Notes: generated by a model not told the origin, from the sequence alone. A DNA stretch of 64,000 nt from Bacteriovoracia bacterium (GCA_050251055.1 JBFWNL010000003.1:64001-128000); one strand, 5' to 3'. Counted from the first letter of the stretch, positions 19,362-28,195 are shown. Numbers and translations: made by a program.

Positions 19362-20129
19362 ATGATCCTCATCACGGGAGCCAGCAGTGGGATCGGCGAA
19401 GCGTGCGCCCGCGCGTTCGCCGCGGACAAACGCAGCCTCCTCCTAGTCGCCCGACGAAAAGAGCGGCTCGACCGCCTGGGGGATGAGCTTCGCCAGCAAC
19501 ACGGTATCGAATGCGCGTCGTTTGGGCTCGACGTAAGAGACCGACCGGCCCTAGAGGCCTGGGCGAAGACCAACGCCTCGCTGCTCTCCCGGGTCACCGT
19601 CCTCATTAACAGCGCGGGACTCGCGCGCGGCCGCGAGGCCATTCAGGACGGCAAGCTCGAGGACTGGGACGAGATGATCGACACGAACGTGAAGGCCCTG
19701 CTGCATATGACGAAGCTCGTGCTCCCTTTTCTACTCGCGCGCCAAGATGGGAAGGGCACCCCGATCGGACACATCATTAACCTGGGTTCGGTAGCCGGCC
19801 GCTGGGCCTACCCCGCCGGTAACGTCTACGCCGCTAGCAAGTTTGCGATCAACGGCCTCTCCCAAGGGATGCGGCTGGATTTGCTCGGCACCGGCGTCAA
19901 GGTGACGGAAATCCTTCCCGGCATGGTCGAAACGGAATTCTCCAACGTGCGGTTTCGTGACGATCGCAAAGCCAAGGCCGCTTACGCCGGCATGACTCCA
20001 TTGACGGGCGCGGACGTGGCGGAAGCGATTCGCTGGGCGGTAAACCTGCCGGCGCATGTGCAGATCCACGAGATCGTGCTCACCTCGTCGGACCAGGCCA
20101 GCGCGGCCAACGTTTTTCGTCGCACTTAA
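19362..20129 (+). CDS. Short-chain dehydrogenase/reductase (YdfG-like)
   Basis: TGASSGIG, MIDTNVK, NVYAASK, PGMVETEFSNVRF. Confidence 0.92.
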   Translation: MILITGASSGIGEACARAFAADKRSLLLVARRKERLDRLGDELRQQHGIECASFGLDVRDRPALEAWAKTNASLLSRVTVLINSAGLARGREAIQDGKLEDWDEMIDTNVKALLHMTKLVLPFLLARQDGKGTPIGHIINLGSVAGRWAYPAGNVYAASKFAINGLSQGMRLDLLGTGVKVTEILPGMVETEFSNVRFRDDRKAKAAYAGMTPLTGADVAEAIRWAVNLPAHVQIHEIVLTSSDQASAANVFRRT

Positions 20130-21046
20130 CGATTTCCAGCGGCCATCGATGGCCGTGGCGCATTGGCGATCGCCGTGCCCAGAGACGCGAGCATGACGAA
20201 ACCGATGGCCGTCCATTGGCGGACGCTCAGCTGTTCGCCTAAAAGCGCGAGCCCCGCCATCCCGGCCACCGCCGGTTCCAAGCTCATCAAAATCCCGAAG
20301 GTGTGCGCGGGCAAACGTTTGAGCGCGACCATCTCCAGCGAATAGGGGATCGCCCCGGTCATCATCGCCACTAAAAAGGCGAGCGGCAAAACCGAAAAAT
20401 TTAGCAAAGCCCCACCGGCGTGCGCGATTCCGAAAGGCGCCGCCACCCCCGCCGCGATCACCATGCCCAATGTCGTAGCGATCCCAGCCGGCAATACCGC
20501 CGAGGTACGCTTGCCAAACCAGATGTACAGACCCCAACAAACGCCCGCTATCAGCGCGAACGCCACGCCTACCGGATCCAGCGAGTCGAGCGAACCCGAC
20601 GCAGACGTTCCCGGAAAAACCAGCCAAATCCCAGCGGCGGCGAGCAAGGCCCACACGAAATCCAGCGCCCGGCGGGAGGACAGAAATGCTACCGTGAGCG
20701 GGCCCACAAACTCGAGCGCCACCGCGATGCCGAGCGGAATCCGCGCAAGCGCCAGATAGAAGGTCAGATTCATCACGCCCAATGCCGCCCCGTACGCGAG
20801 CAAGGGCTTTAGCTGGGCCGAACTGAGGGGATAGCGCCAAGGACGCCAGAGCCCCAGTAGTACCAAGGCCGAAAAACCTTGGCGCAATAGCGTGGTTCCC
20901 GGTGGCCCCAAAACCGGAAAGAGCCCCTTCGCCAAAGAAGCCCCGGCCTGGATGGACACCATCCCGATCAAGATTACGAAAACCGCGCCCAAATACTGGA
21001 GATTCACCTTTTCCACGGTAACACATCCCCAGAATACGGCCAGCAT
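20126..21046 (-). CDS. EamA/DMT family transporter, RhtA-like
   Basis: SIQAGASLAK, RIPLGIAVALEFVGP, PYSLEMVAL, LMSLEPA. Start is uncertain. Confidence 0.9.
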   Translation of the reverse strand: MLAVFWGCVTVEKVNLQYLGAVFVILIGMVSIQAGASLAKGLFPVLGPPGTTLLRQGFSALVLLGLWRPWRYPLSSAQLKPLLAYGAALGVMNLTFYLALARIPLGIAVALEFVGPLTVAFLSSRRALDFVWALLAAAGIWLVFPGTSASGSLDSLDPVGVAFALIAGVCWGLYIWFGKRTSAVLPAGIATTLGMVIAAGVAAPFGIAHAGGALLNFSVLPLAFLVAMMTGAIPYSLEMVALKRLPAHTFGILMSLEPAVAGMAGLALLGEQLSVRQWTAIGFVMLASLGTAIANAPRPSMAAGNR

Positions 21047-21111
21047 ACGGAAGCACCTCCCCCGCTCGCCTTGTCCTCGTCGCTCAGCCCCCCACCCGGT
21101 ACCATGGATTT

Positions 21112-22245
21112 ATGGGAAACAAGGGTCAGGCGGGTTTTACGCTTCTCGAAGTACTTTTGGGCACCGTGCTCGTAGCCTTGGTATCGCTCGGAATGGCCGA
21201 TGTACTGGGTTACGCCAACCGCGCCACGCAGGCCGTGCGGGGTTCGGTGGATATGAGTACGCTGGCGGGCCAAGTCGGCTCGCTCCTCCTCAATCCCCAG
21301 CGCTGCGCCAACTCGTTGCGAAGCCTCGATCCCGCCTCGGAAGGCGGCGGCCCGCCCGTCTATCGGCCAGCCTCCATTCAGATCGGCAACGAATACATCG
21401 GAGTCCCGCAATCAGGCCCATCCGTCCTAGCGCTGGTGCAGGCCTCCCCCCAGCTTCCGCTCGCGGGCCTGGGGCAAAATTTGGGCAGCCTAGCCACAGA
21501 AGACCTCCAGCTGATCGTGCGGGGAGCGCCCGTGCCGGCGCCCGGCAATCAGTTCCAGGTTCCGTTAGAACTCGTGCTCAAGACACGACCCACCGGTCGC
21601 GCCAGCGGGGTTTCAGAACTCAGACGTTCGTTCCTATTCACGGCAACCACGCCGGGAGGTAGCGGATCCCAGCTCATCACGCAATGCTCGGCGGGAAGCT
21701 CCGACGGGGGAGGTACGGGCAGCCAGAACCTCCGCATCACGAGTCGTCAGCTGATCAACGGGCAAATCGTCAACCTCTGCATGTGCCGCTGGGAGGTGAC
21801 TTTCCCCCAAGCCTATCCCGTGCCACCTGCGGTGATTACCGCCGCCAGCGGCGTGAACTCCGGCGTTTACCACGTCAGGGACGTGAATGGCGTGCTGGCG
21901 CCGCAGCCGTGGACGGCATCGCAAAGTTACGTTTCGCAGATCACGACGACGGGCTTCACCGCTTACGCCAAAGTTCCCGAAGCCTACCCAGGGGGATGCG
22001 TATTCATTAGCGGTGCCAGCCTGGATCCCGGGCGCGGAGACGTCTGCCCGACTTTAGGTTACACGGCCTTTGGTAACGAGTTTCCGACGAACCACGGGCC
22101 AATCCCGAGCGTGGTGGACGTGCTAAATACTCCGCCCACCAACGTAGCCGGCGGAGCCCCGTTCACTCCTCCGGATTTGCCCGTGCCAGCGGCTCTCGCG
22201 CCCTTGGCAGCCACGGTGCCGAATCCGGCGCTCGCGAATCCGTAA
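21112..22245 (+). CDS. Prepilin-type N-terminal cleavage/methylation protein (minor pilin-like)
   Basis: QAG/FTLLEVLLGTVLVALVSLG class III signal; C-terminal VTFPQAYPVPPAVI..ITTTGFT segment and Pro-rich tail. Confidence 0.85.
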   Translation: MGNKGQAGFTLLEVLLGTVLVALVSLGMADVLGYANRATQAVRGSVDMSTLAGQVGSLLLNPQRCANSLRSLDPASEGGGPPVYRPASIQIGNEYIGVPQSGPSVLALVQASPQLPLAGLGQNLGSLATEDLQLIVRGAPVPAPGNQFQVPLELVLKTRPTGRASGVSELRRSFLFTATTPGGSGSQLITQCSAGSSDGGGTGSQNLRITSRQLINGQIVNLCMCRWEVTFPQAYPVPPAVITAASGVNSGVYHVRDVNGVLAPQPWTASQSYVSQITTTGFTAYAKVPEAYPGGCVFISGASLDPGRGDVCPTLGYTAFGNEFPTNHGPIPSVVDVLNTPPTNVAGGAPFTPPDLPVPAALAPLAATVPNPALANP

Positions 22246-22248
22246 AAG

Positions 22249-22548
22249 TTAGAGTTTACAATGTACAACGGGGCCTTCGCTCTCTTCCGACGCCGGAACC
22301 CGCAACGTTCGGCTAAACTGAGAAAGACCCCCATGGTACTCCCAGTAAATAATGCGATCATGGGAATAACTCATGCGGATATACTTTTCCGTCACGGATT
22401 GAATCCGCGAAACGGCGATGAGCTTGGGCATCCACTCCGCGCCGGGATTCACCTCTTCGATCTCGCGATTTCCCGAATCGAAGCCATGGATGATTTTATA
22501 GCCTCGGCACTGGATCAGAATAAACTGGGGACTATTCGTAGCTTGCAT
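22249..22548 (-). CDS. Small hypothetical protein
   Basis: 99-aa ORF directly downstream of the SDR on the same strand; protein-like composition. Confidence 0.6.
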   Translation of the reverse strand: MQATNSPQFILIQCRGYKIIHGFDSGNREIEEVNPGAEWMPKLIAVSRIQSVTEKYIRMSYSHDRIIYWEYHGGLSQFSRTLRVPASEESEGPVVHCKL

Positions 22549-22555
22549 CTGCGCC

Positions 22556-23164
22556 TCAGTAAGCCTTGAAAACTCGGCCGGTCTGGATACCCAGCACGGA
22601 TTTCCGATATTCTTCGCCTACCCGGCGACTGGAGACCGGCACGATCCCCGGAAAGGCACGCCCCAGCTTCGGCGCCGACGTCTCCAATAAACCCGGACTA
22701 ACGGCGTTGATGCGAATACCCCGAGGCAACTCCAAAGCGGAAGTAAACACGAAACCTTCCAAGGCCCGATTAATTGTCGTTTTCACGATTCCGCCTCGAA
22801 CGGGTTCCTCACTCGTAATTCCCGTGGTGAGCGTGACGGAGCCGCCGTCGCTCAGGTAAGGAATCGCCCGCTGGGTGAGGCGAATCTGCCCCAAGAGCTT
22901 GGCGTCAAAACTCGTCTGCCAATCTGTACGACCGAGTTCCCGAAGTGATCCAGCAGCTACTTCGCCCGCAGTACTCACCACCGCGTCGACCCGTCCATGA
23001 CGACGCAAAACTTCGCCGAAAAACGCTTCGAGGCTCGCTTCGTCCGCGAGGTCCACCCGCAAGTCCCCTGAGTTCCGGCCGGCGGAAATCACTACTTCAC
23101 CGGCAAATGCCTCTACCACCGCCCGCCCTACCGCGCCCGCCGCGCCGATCACCAGGATCTTCAT
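22556..23164 (-). CDS. Short-chain dehydrogenase (compact type)
   Basis: MKILVIGAAGAVG, AKLLGQI, GGSVTLTTG, RINAVSPG. Confidence 0.9.
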   Translation of the reverse strand: MKILVIGAAGAVGRAVVEAFAGEVVISAGRNSGDLRVDLADEASLEAFFGEVLRRHGRVDAVVSTAGEVAAGSLRELGRTDWQTSFDAKLLGQIRLTQRAIPYLSDGGSVTLTTGITSEEPVRGGIVKTTINRALEGFVFTSALELPRGIRINAVSPGLLETSAPKLGRAFPGIVPVSSRRVGEEYRKSVLGIQTGRVFKAY

Positions 23165-23195
23165 TTACTACCTCTTTCCATTATTGCTGTTTTAC

Positions 23196-23278
23196 TGTTT
23201 CCTATAAATAGACAATACTAGGTATTTTCATAGATTAAACCGCAAATTAGGAACACATTGTCTACATATGGAAACAAT
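23196..23278. promoter_or_regulatory. Pair of putative LysR operator sites in a divergent promoter
   Basis: tgtttcctataaatagacaat (23196-23216) and attgtctacatatggaaacaat (23257-23278) are near-inverted copies with dyad symmetry, between the divergent SDR and LysR genes. Confidence 0.5.
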
Positions 23279-24185
23279 TAGCCGCAACCTCGATGAACTA
23301 CTCGCCTTTCACACCGTAGCTTCCCACGGCAGCTTCACCCAGGCCGCCGACGCACTTGGCACCTCGAAAGCGATGCTCAGCAAGAAAGTAAGGCGCCTAG
23401 AGACTCATCTGCGTGCGCAGCTTTTCCACCGCACCACCCGATCGCTCGCGTTAACCCAACCCGGCCAAGCCCTACTGAACTACAGCCGCAAAATCATGGA
23501 GCTGTCGATCGAAGCCTCGAAACAACTGAACGCCATGAACCAAGGCGACGCCGGCATCCTACGGCTTACGGCTCCCGCCCTCTTCGGACAATACGTCTTC
23601 GACTCACTGTTGCCCGCGCTAGGACAAAAGCTCCCCCGTGTGAAGTTCGAACTCGACCTTTCGAACGAGGAGCGAAATCTCTATGCGGACGATATCGACT
23701 TCGCGATCCGCTTGTCCGATCTCATCCACCCCGAGCTTATTGCGGCGAAGCAGGGGCGGATGCGGGACGCGGTCTGCGCGACTCCGAAGTTCCTGCGGAA
23801 TACAAAACTCGGTGCGGACCCGGAGACTTTATCCAAGCAGGAATGCATCCTCAGTTCGCACCGGGAAACCTGGAACGAATGGCGGTTTCGCACCCCGACT
23901 GGAGTGGAGCGAAGCGTGATCGCCAAAGGCCGCTACGCCACCAACTCCTACGCCTCTATGCGCGCGCTTGCTTTGGCGCACCTCGGGATCTTGCGTATTC
24001 CTTATTACCTAGTGGCACGGGATATCGCTGAAGGAAATCTCGTGGAGCTTTTCCGGGAACACACGATCAGCACTCACGCGGTATACCTGGTGTATCGACA
24101 GACCCAATACCCGTCGAAAAAGCACCAAATCGCGCGCGATGCCCTCAACGAATGGTTCCGGGAACACGACGAGATTTTCGTTTAA
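23268..24185 (+). CDS. LysR family transcriptional regulator
   Basis: GSFTQAADALGTSKAMLSKKVRRLE..LFHRTTRSL helix-turn-helix; IDFAIR. Confidence 0.95.
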   Translation: METISRNLDELLAFHTVASHGSFTQAADALGTSKAMLSKKVRRLETHLRAQLFHRTTRSLALTQPGQALLNYSRKIMELSIEASKQLNAMNQGDAGILRLTAPALFGQYVFDSLLPALGQKLPRVKFELDLSNEERNLYADDIDFAIRLSDLIHPELIAAKQGRMRDAVCATPKFLRNTKLGADPETLSKQECILSSHRETWNEWRFRTPTGVERSVIAKGRYATNSYASMRALALAHLGILRIPYYLVARDIAEGNLVELFREHTISTHAVYLVYRQTQYPSKKHQIARDALNEWFREHDEIFV

Positions 24186-25234
24186 TCGCGCCCGCCGGCC
24201 GGCTTGAACCGGGAGCCTAAGCTTAAAATGCGGCGGATCGCCCCGTCATCATCCTCGTCGTAAACGTCCCCGATGACCTCTTCCAATATGTCTTCGATGG
24301 TCACGATCCCCATACGCTGGGTTTGCGAGTAAACGATGCTCAGATGGCTGCGCTTCTGCTGCATTTGCCGAAGCGCGCTGATGAGCGAGGCGCTTTTTTG
24401 CACCTTCACGGCGGGTCGAATGATCAAACGCCAATCCGCCTGCCCCGCCCGCCGCAGGGCCATGAACTCCTTCGTGTTAATGATGCCGATTACCTCGTTC
24501 GCCTCCAGCACGGGCAGGCGGGTATGCCCGGAGGACACGACGACAGCCTCTACCTCGGCCAGGTCCTGATCCGTGCGCACGGTAACGACGCTTTCCCACG
24601 AAAGGTACACGTCTTTCACCCGGCGCTTTTCTAAATTCACGAGATTCAGCACGTACTCTTTCGCCGGCTCCGAGAGATCGGCGACCTCGATCGGCTCCGG
24701 TTCGGCGGGCCGGGCCGCGGAGACGCTCTTACGGAAAAAAATCTGAAGAGTCTTTTTGGTCGACCATTCCAAGATGCTTACGACGGATGAAAAAAACCGA
24801 TCCAGGAATGCCAGGTAGGGCGCCGCCTTCAGGGCGATTCCCACGGGGTTACGCAACGCCAACGCCTTCGGTACGAGCTCTCCCATGACAACACTGAAAA
24901 AAGTGAGCGGCACCACTACGACGGCGACGGACAGAAACTCAGCGACGTTCCGACTCACGCCCAGCCTGGATTGAAAGATGGGGCTGATGAACTCCCCCGC
25001 GCCCGCCCCGCCGGTCGCCGCCGCGACCGCCCCGACGAGGGTGATGCCAATTTGAATGACGGAAAGCGTGCGTTCGGGTTTCTCCCGCAGACGCAAAAGC
25101 TGGGTCGCCTTGGGATTGCCCGCCTTCTCGAGTCCGCGCAGGCGCGCTTTCCGCGCCGTGACGAATGCCATTTCAGCCGCGGCTAAAAGCGCGTTCAGCG
25201 CTAAGCAGCCGGAAATCAGCAGGATCTCTTCCAT
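24182..25234 (-). CDS. CNNM (DUF21)/CBS hemolysin-family membrane protein
   Basis: AAAEMAFV, LSVIQIGIT, GELVPKALA, SGHTRLPV, GIVTIEDILEEVIGD. Confidence 0.92.
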   Translation of the reverse strand: MEEILLISGCLALNALLAAAEMAFVTARKARLRGLEKAGNPKATQLLRLREKPERTLSVIQIGITLVGAVAAATGGAGAGEFISPIFQSRLGVSRNVAEFLSVAVVVVPLTFFSVVMGELVPKALALRNPVGIALKAAPYLAFLDRFFSSVVSILEWSTKKTLQIFFRKSVSAARPAEPEPIEVADLSEPAKEYVLNLVNLEKRRVKDVYLSWESVVTVRTDQDLAEVEAVVVSSGHTRLPVLEANEVIGIINTKEFMALRRAGQADWRLIIRPAVKVQKSASLISALRQMQQKRSHLSIVYSQTQRMGIVTIEDILEEVIGDVYDEDDDGAIRRILSLGSRFKPAGGRD

Positions 25235-25320
25235 TTTGTCCGGGTTGTACCTGGTTTGGCCGCCAAAATAAATGAGTTGCGAATGTAGCGCGACCACTTC
25301 CCCAGATTCACTTTGATGAT

Positions 25321-25420
25321 TACTTAATTTAATATATTTAGATTTTAATATTTTTAAATATATGTTTTTATTGTGTTATTTATAAAATAAAATACATATA
25401 AATTAAAATTAATTTATTTA
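25321..25420. other. Extremely AT-rich tract
   Basis: 6 G/C in 100 nt by hand count, in an otherwise GC-rich window; TTGACA follows at 25423. Confidence 0.9.
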
Positions 25421-25473
25421 ATTTGACACTAAGAGTCAATTATAGGAAAATCTTCGGTATGGAAGGGGAAATT

Positions 25474-25773
25474 ATGAAAAAAGTAATCTTCAATTTAATC
25501 GTCCTGATCAGTCTGGTTTCGAATTCGCTTGGCGTCGCGGAGTCACTCGCAACAGAAGAACCTACCGGCCTCTATTGTTGCACTTGCCTACTTCTCCAAG
25601 ACCATCCTCGCAAGGAGCCCATTTATTCGAACAACGTGATCGAAGTCGATCCCGGAGAAGACCCTGGAGCCGTGTGCAGTTCGCCACGGCCAGGATTTCT
25701 AAAGTGCTATCTTAGACCGAACCAATTTTGCGCGCCCCAGTTTGAACAGTGGTTTGGTAGCGTCCTGGATTAA
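25474..25773 (+). CDS. Small secreted Cys-rich orphan protein
   Basis: GGAAGGGG RBS; MKKVIFNLIVLISLVSNSLGVA signal; six Cys in the mature part. Confidence 0.65.
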   Translation: MKKVIFNLIVLISLVSNSLGVAESLATEEPTGLYCCTCLLLQDHPRKEPIYSNNVIEVDPGEDPGAVCSSPRPGFLKCYLRPNQFCAPQFEQWFGSVLD

Positions 25774-25781
25774 GACTCTAC

Positions 25782-25831
25782 CTCTCTCGAAAAGAGCGAT
25801 TTTTTTTGAGGAACCGCTCTTTTCGAGAGAG
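25782..25831. terminator. 17-bp perfect inverted repeat, probable terminator hairpin
   Basis: ctctctcgaaaagagcg (25782-25798) pairs with cgctcttttcgagagag (25815-25831), just after the ORF stop. Confidence 0.6.
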
Positions 25832-25900
25832 AAATCAGATCCGAATTAATCACGAAAGATAACACGAGCCAAGCCATCGAATTCATTTTATACTTCGCTC

Positions 25901-26680
25901 ATGGCAAGACTTCCACGCATCGTCCTGGCAATTCTGGTCATTCCTTTTGGCGCCCCCACCGCCGCGCGAGCCGATCAAAACAGCGACTTACGAACCGCGA
26001 CGATCGAAAGCGTCGCCCGCAACCGCAAGGAGTGGGGCGTGGATCTGGAAGTCGGCACAAGCCTTCAACGCGGCAACGTCGACAAAAGCCTGGGCAAATT
26101 CACCACGTCGCTCTTCAAGGCCAACGACCCCTATTCGGTTTATCTCGATGGCGTCTACGCATTCGGAGCCGTGGGCGTCAAACGCTTCGAGAACCGCGCC
26201 ACGGGGACCTTGAGACTCGACTACCGCATGAGCCCCTTCTGGAAAATTTTCGTTTTCACGACGCATGGATTTAACGAATTCCAAAAGCTCGCCTACCGTG
26301 GCTCGATGGGAGCCGGGCCCTGGGTGGATTTCGAAGTGGGCGGCACGAAGCACGGCGTGAGCGCCGCCGTAAGCCACGAGTTCGAGCAGTTTTACGGTTT
26401 CGCCGCGGAAAGAACCGCTCGCGGTTCGCTCCGCTATCTCTTCTTCGTGCCGATCTCCGAAAACGCGGGGGCCGGCTTCGACTTCTTTTACTGTCCCAGC
26501 TTGGGCGACTTCGCTGACCACCACCTCTACTGGGCGCCTTTTTTGGAAGCGAAGGTGATCGATCAGTGGATGACGATGAAGCTTTCGGTATCCATCGAGC
26601 GAGATTCGCGACCCAAACCCGGCGTCTTCGCGAACGACACCCAGACGATGGTGTCGATTGGATTTCATGGCGGAAAGTAA
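25901..26680 (+). CDS. DUF481-like outer membrane beta-barrel protein
   Basis: Signal peptide; GTSLQRGN, alternating beta-strand pattern, terminal DTQTMVSIGF. Confidence 0.7.
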   Translation: MARLPRIVLAILVIPFGAPTAARADQNSDLRTATIESVARNRKEWGVDLEVGTSLQRGNVDKSLGKFTTSLFKANDPYSVYLDGVYAFGAVGVKRFENRATGTLRLDYRMSPFWKIFVFTTHGFNEFQKLAYRGSMGAGPWVDFEVGGTKHGVSAAVSHEFEQFYGFAAERTARGSLRYLFFVPISENAGAGFDFFYCPSLGDFADHHLYWAPFLEAKVIDQWMTMKLSVSIERDSRPKPGVFANDTQTMVSIGFHGGK

Positions 26681-26698
26681 CTCAGGCTGACGCTCAAA

Positions 26699-27100
26699 AT
26701 GACCAACGACACGCACAGCAAAACGATTGGCTACCTGGTTTGGATCTTCGGGTTTTTCGGCGCCCATCGGTTTTACTACGGCAAGCAAATCACGGGCGCG
26801 ATTTGGTTTTTCACGTTAGGCTTGCTGGGCATTGGCTGGCTCGTCGACTTATTTTTAATCCCGGGCATGGATCGCGAAGCGGACTTCAAGTATCGAGCCG
26901 GTCCCTTGAACTATTCGGTGGCTTGGCTGCTTTTAGTCTATCTGGGCGTCTTCGGCTTCCACCGCTTCTACCTGGGCAAGTGGATGACCGGCCTGCTTTA
27001 TCTGGTGACCCTCGGTTTCTTTGGAATCGGCGTGCTTTTCGATTATTGCACGCTTAACGGCCAGGTGGATGAAATCAACACGTTGAGCGGGGCGAACTGA
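26699..27100 (+). CDS. TM2 domain (NINE) protein with two TM2 units
   Basis: GFFGAHRFYYGK and GVFGFHRFYLGK. Confidence 0.92.
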   Translation: MTNDTHSKTIGYLVWIFGFFGAHRFYYGKQITGAIWFFTLGLLGIGWLVDLFLIPGMDREADFKYRAGPLNYSVAWLLLVYLGVFGFHRFYLGKWMTGLLYLVTLGFFGIGVLFDYCTLNGQVDEINTLSGAN

Positions 27101-27216
27101 AATTCATAAACGAATGCTCTAAATTCGTAGGTAGCTAACGGTTCCTAATTTCTACTGAAACGGTGGGCGCACTCATCCACCAACTATATCCAAAAAAAAC
27201 TGCAGCAACTACACCT

Positions 27217-27562
27217 GGACTCGGCTTCCGCTCTCAGCGCTACTCGCGCTTCGGCTGCAGCTCGGGCTCTTTCGCGGCCCGCAAGCGGGCGCCCCGCTCA
27301 GTCCGCCGTTCGAGTCCCGTCTTAAAGTACGAAACGCCACGCGTTTCACTAATTATAAACCCGCCACTTTTTCAAATCAGCCCGAGAGCTTCCGGGCATC
27401 GTTTCCCTCTCTCGAAATATTTTCCTGAGGGGGATACCACGCGTCAGGATGACGCGCGCGCAGCGGCGTGACAGGGCAGGAGCCCGACCCCCTCAGGAAA
27501 ATATTTCGAGAGAGGGAAACGGTGCAGGGAATATTTTAGTGCTGATTTGAAAAAGTGGCGGG
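27217..27562. repeat. Structured repeat copy 1 (~346 bp; nested 22-bp and 38-bp stems)
   Basis: Aligns end to end with 28196-28543. Arms 27360-27381/27541-27562 are perfect; 27396-27433/27488-27525 has one G-T pair. Confidence 0.92.
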
Positions 27563-27584
27563 CCAAATGGGACGAGTATCGAAC
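27556..27584 (-). mobile_element. Degenerate tRNA-Asp 3'-end remnant (att-like site)
   Basis: tggcggg-ccaa-atgggac-gagta-tcgaac versus the tRNA's tggcggg-agag-acgggac-tcgaac at 28537-28560. Confidence 0.6.
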
Positions 27585-27643
27585 TTGGTACTGGTCGCAA
27601 GCTGCCTAGTTTGTGGCCAACAGTTGACCGCAAAACGAGGGGT

Positions 27644-27940
27644 TCACTTAGCAGTATCAATAATGCAAAGTCCGGTAGCAATAGCGACTTTGATTCTTAC
27701 GTTCGGAATATTACGTTCTTCTATCGAAAGCTCAGGTGCAAAGTGGGATGCAAGTTTCCCATTTTTTTCACGGCATTTGTCTTCAAGTTTTCCCTTAACT
27801 GCCACATCCATTGATTCAGGTCTAGGTGCCGACCCAACAGATAGCCAATGAGCAGAAATAGGCTCCAGAAGCTCTTCAGCGTGTAAAACTTTTGCTTGTA
27901 GAGTCATGAACAAAACTATCGCGAATGTAGCTAATTTCAT
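27644..27940 (-). CDS. Low-GC small secreted orphan protein between the two repeats
   Basis: GAGGA RBS; MKLATFAIVLFMTLQAKVLHA signal; two Cys; AT-rich codon usage. Confidence 0.65.
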   Translation of the reverse strand: MKLATFAIVLFMTLQAKVLHAEELLEPISAHWLSVGSAPRPESMDVAVKGKLEDKCREKNGKLASHFAPELSIEERNIPNVRIKVAIATGLCIIDTAK

Positions 27941-28195
27941 TTTTTCCTCGCATGCAAATCCATTTAACACCGTGCGTCAAAAAAGTAAATATCTTTTATA
28001 TGCTATGGGCTAGTTCTCTATTTTTGGGCCGTAAGAGCCAAAACGATTGATTATCCGAACGGGTGTCTAACGTCAGGGGCGCAGTCTAATCCCAATGCAT
28101 TCCGGTTAGAGCTTGGACACAATCAGCCAAGTTACTAGAGTTTTTCTGGATTCGCTTACCACGAACAGAACAAAACTCCACTTTTACCCAAACTA

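Noticed and set aside
19731-21056. 441-aa minus-strand ORF
   Set aside because: Alternative frame of the EamA gene and antisense to the SDR; Gly/Arg-rich shadow translation.
27217-27325. Possible second tRNA on the plus strand (contains gttcgagtccc)
   Set aside because: No D-arm, anticodon arm or acceptor stem consistent with a cloverleaf; it is a T-arm fragment within the repeat.
27163-27851. Short ORFs across repeat copy 1 (27163..27471 +, 27493..27681 -, 27555..27851 +, 27611..27814 +)
   Set aside because: They span palindromic repeat DNA or lie antisense to the better-supported cargo gene, have no recognisable motifs, and are not preserved in copy 2.
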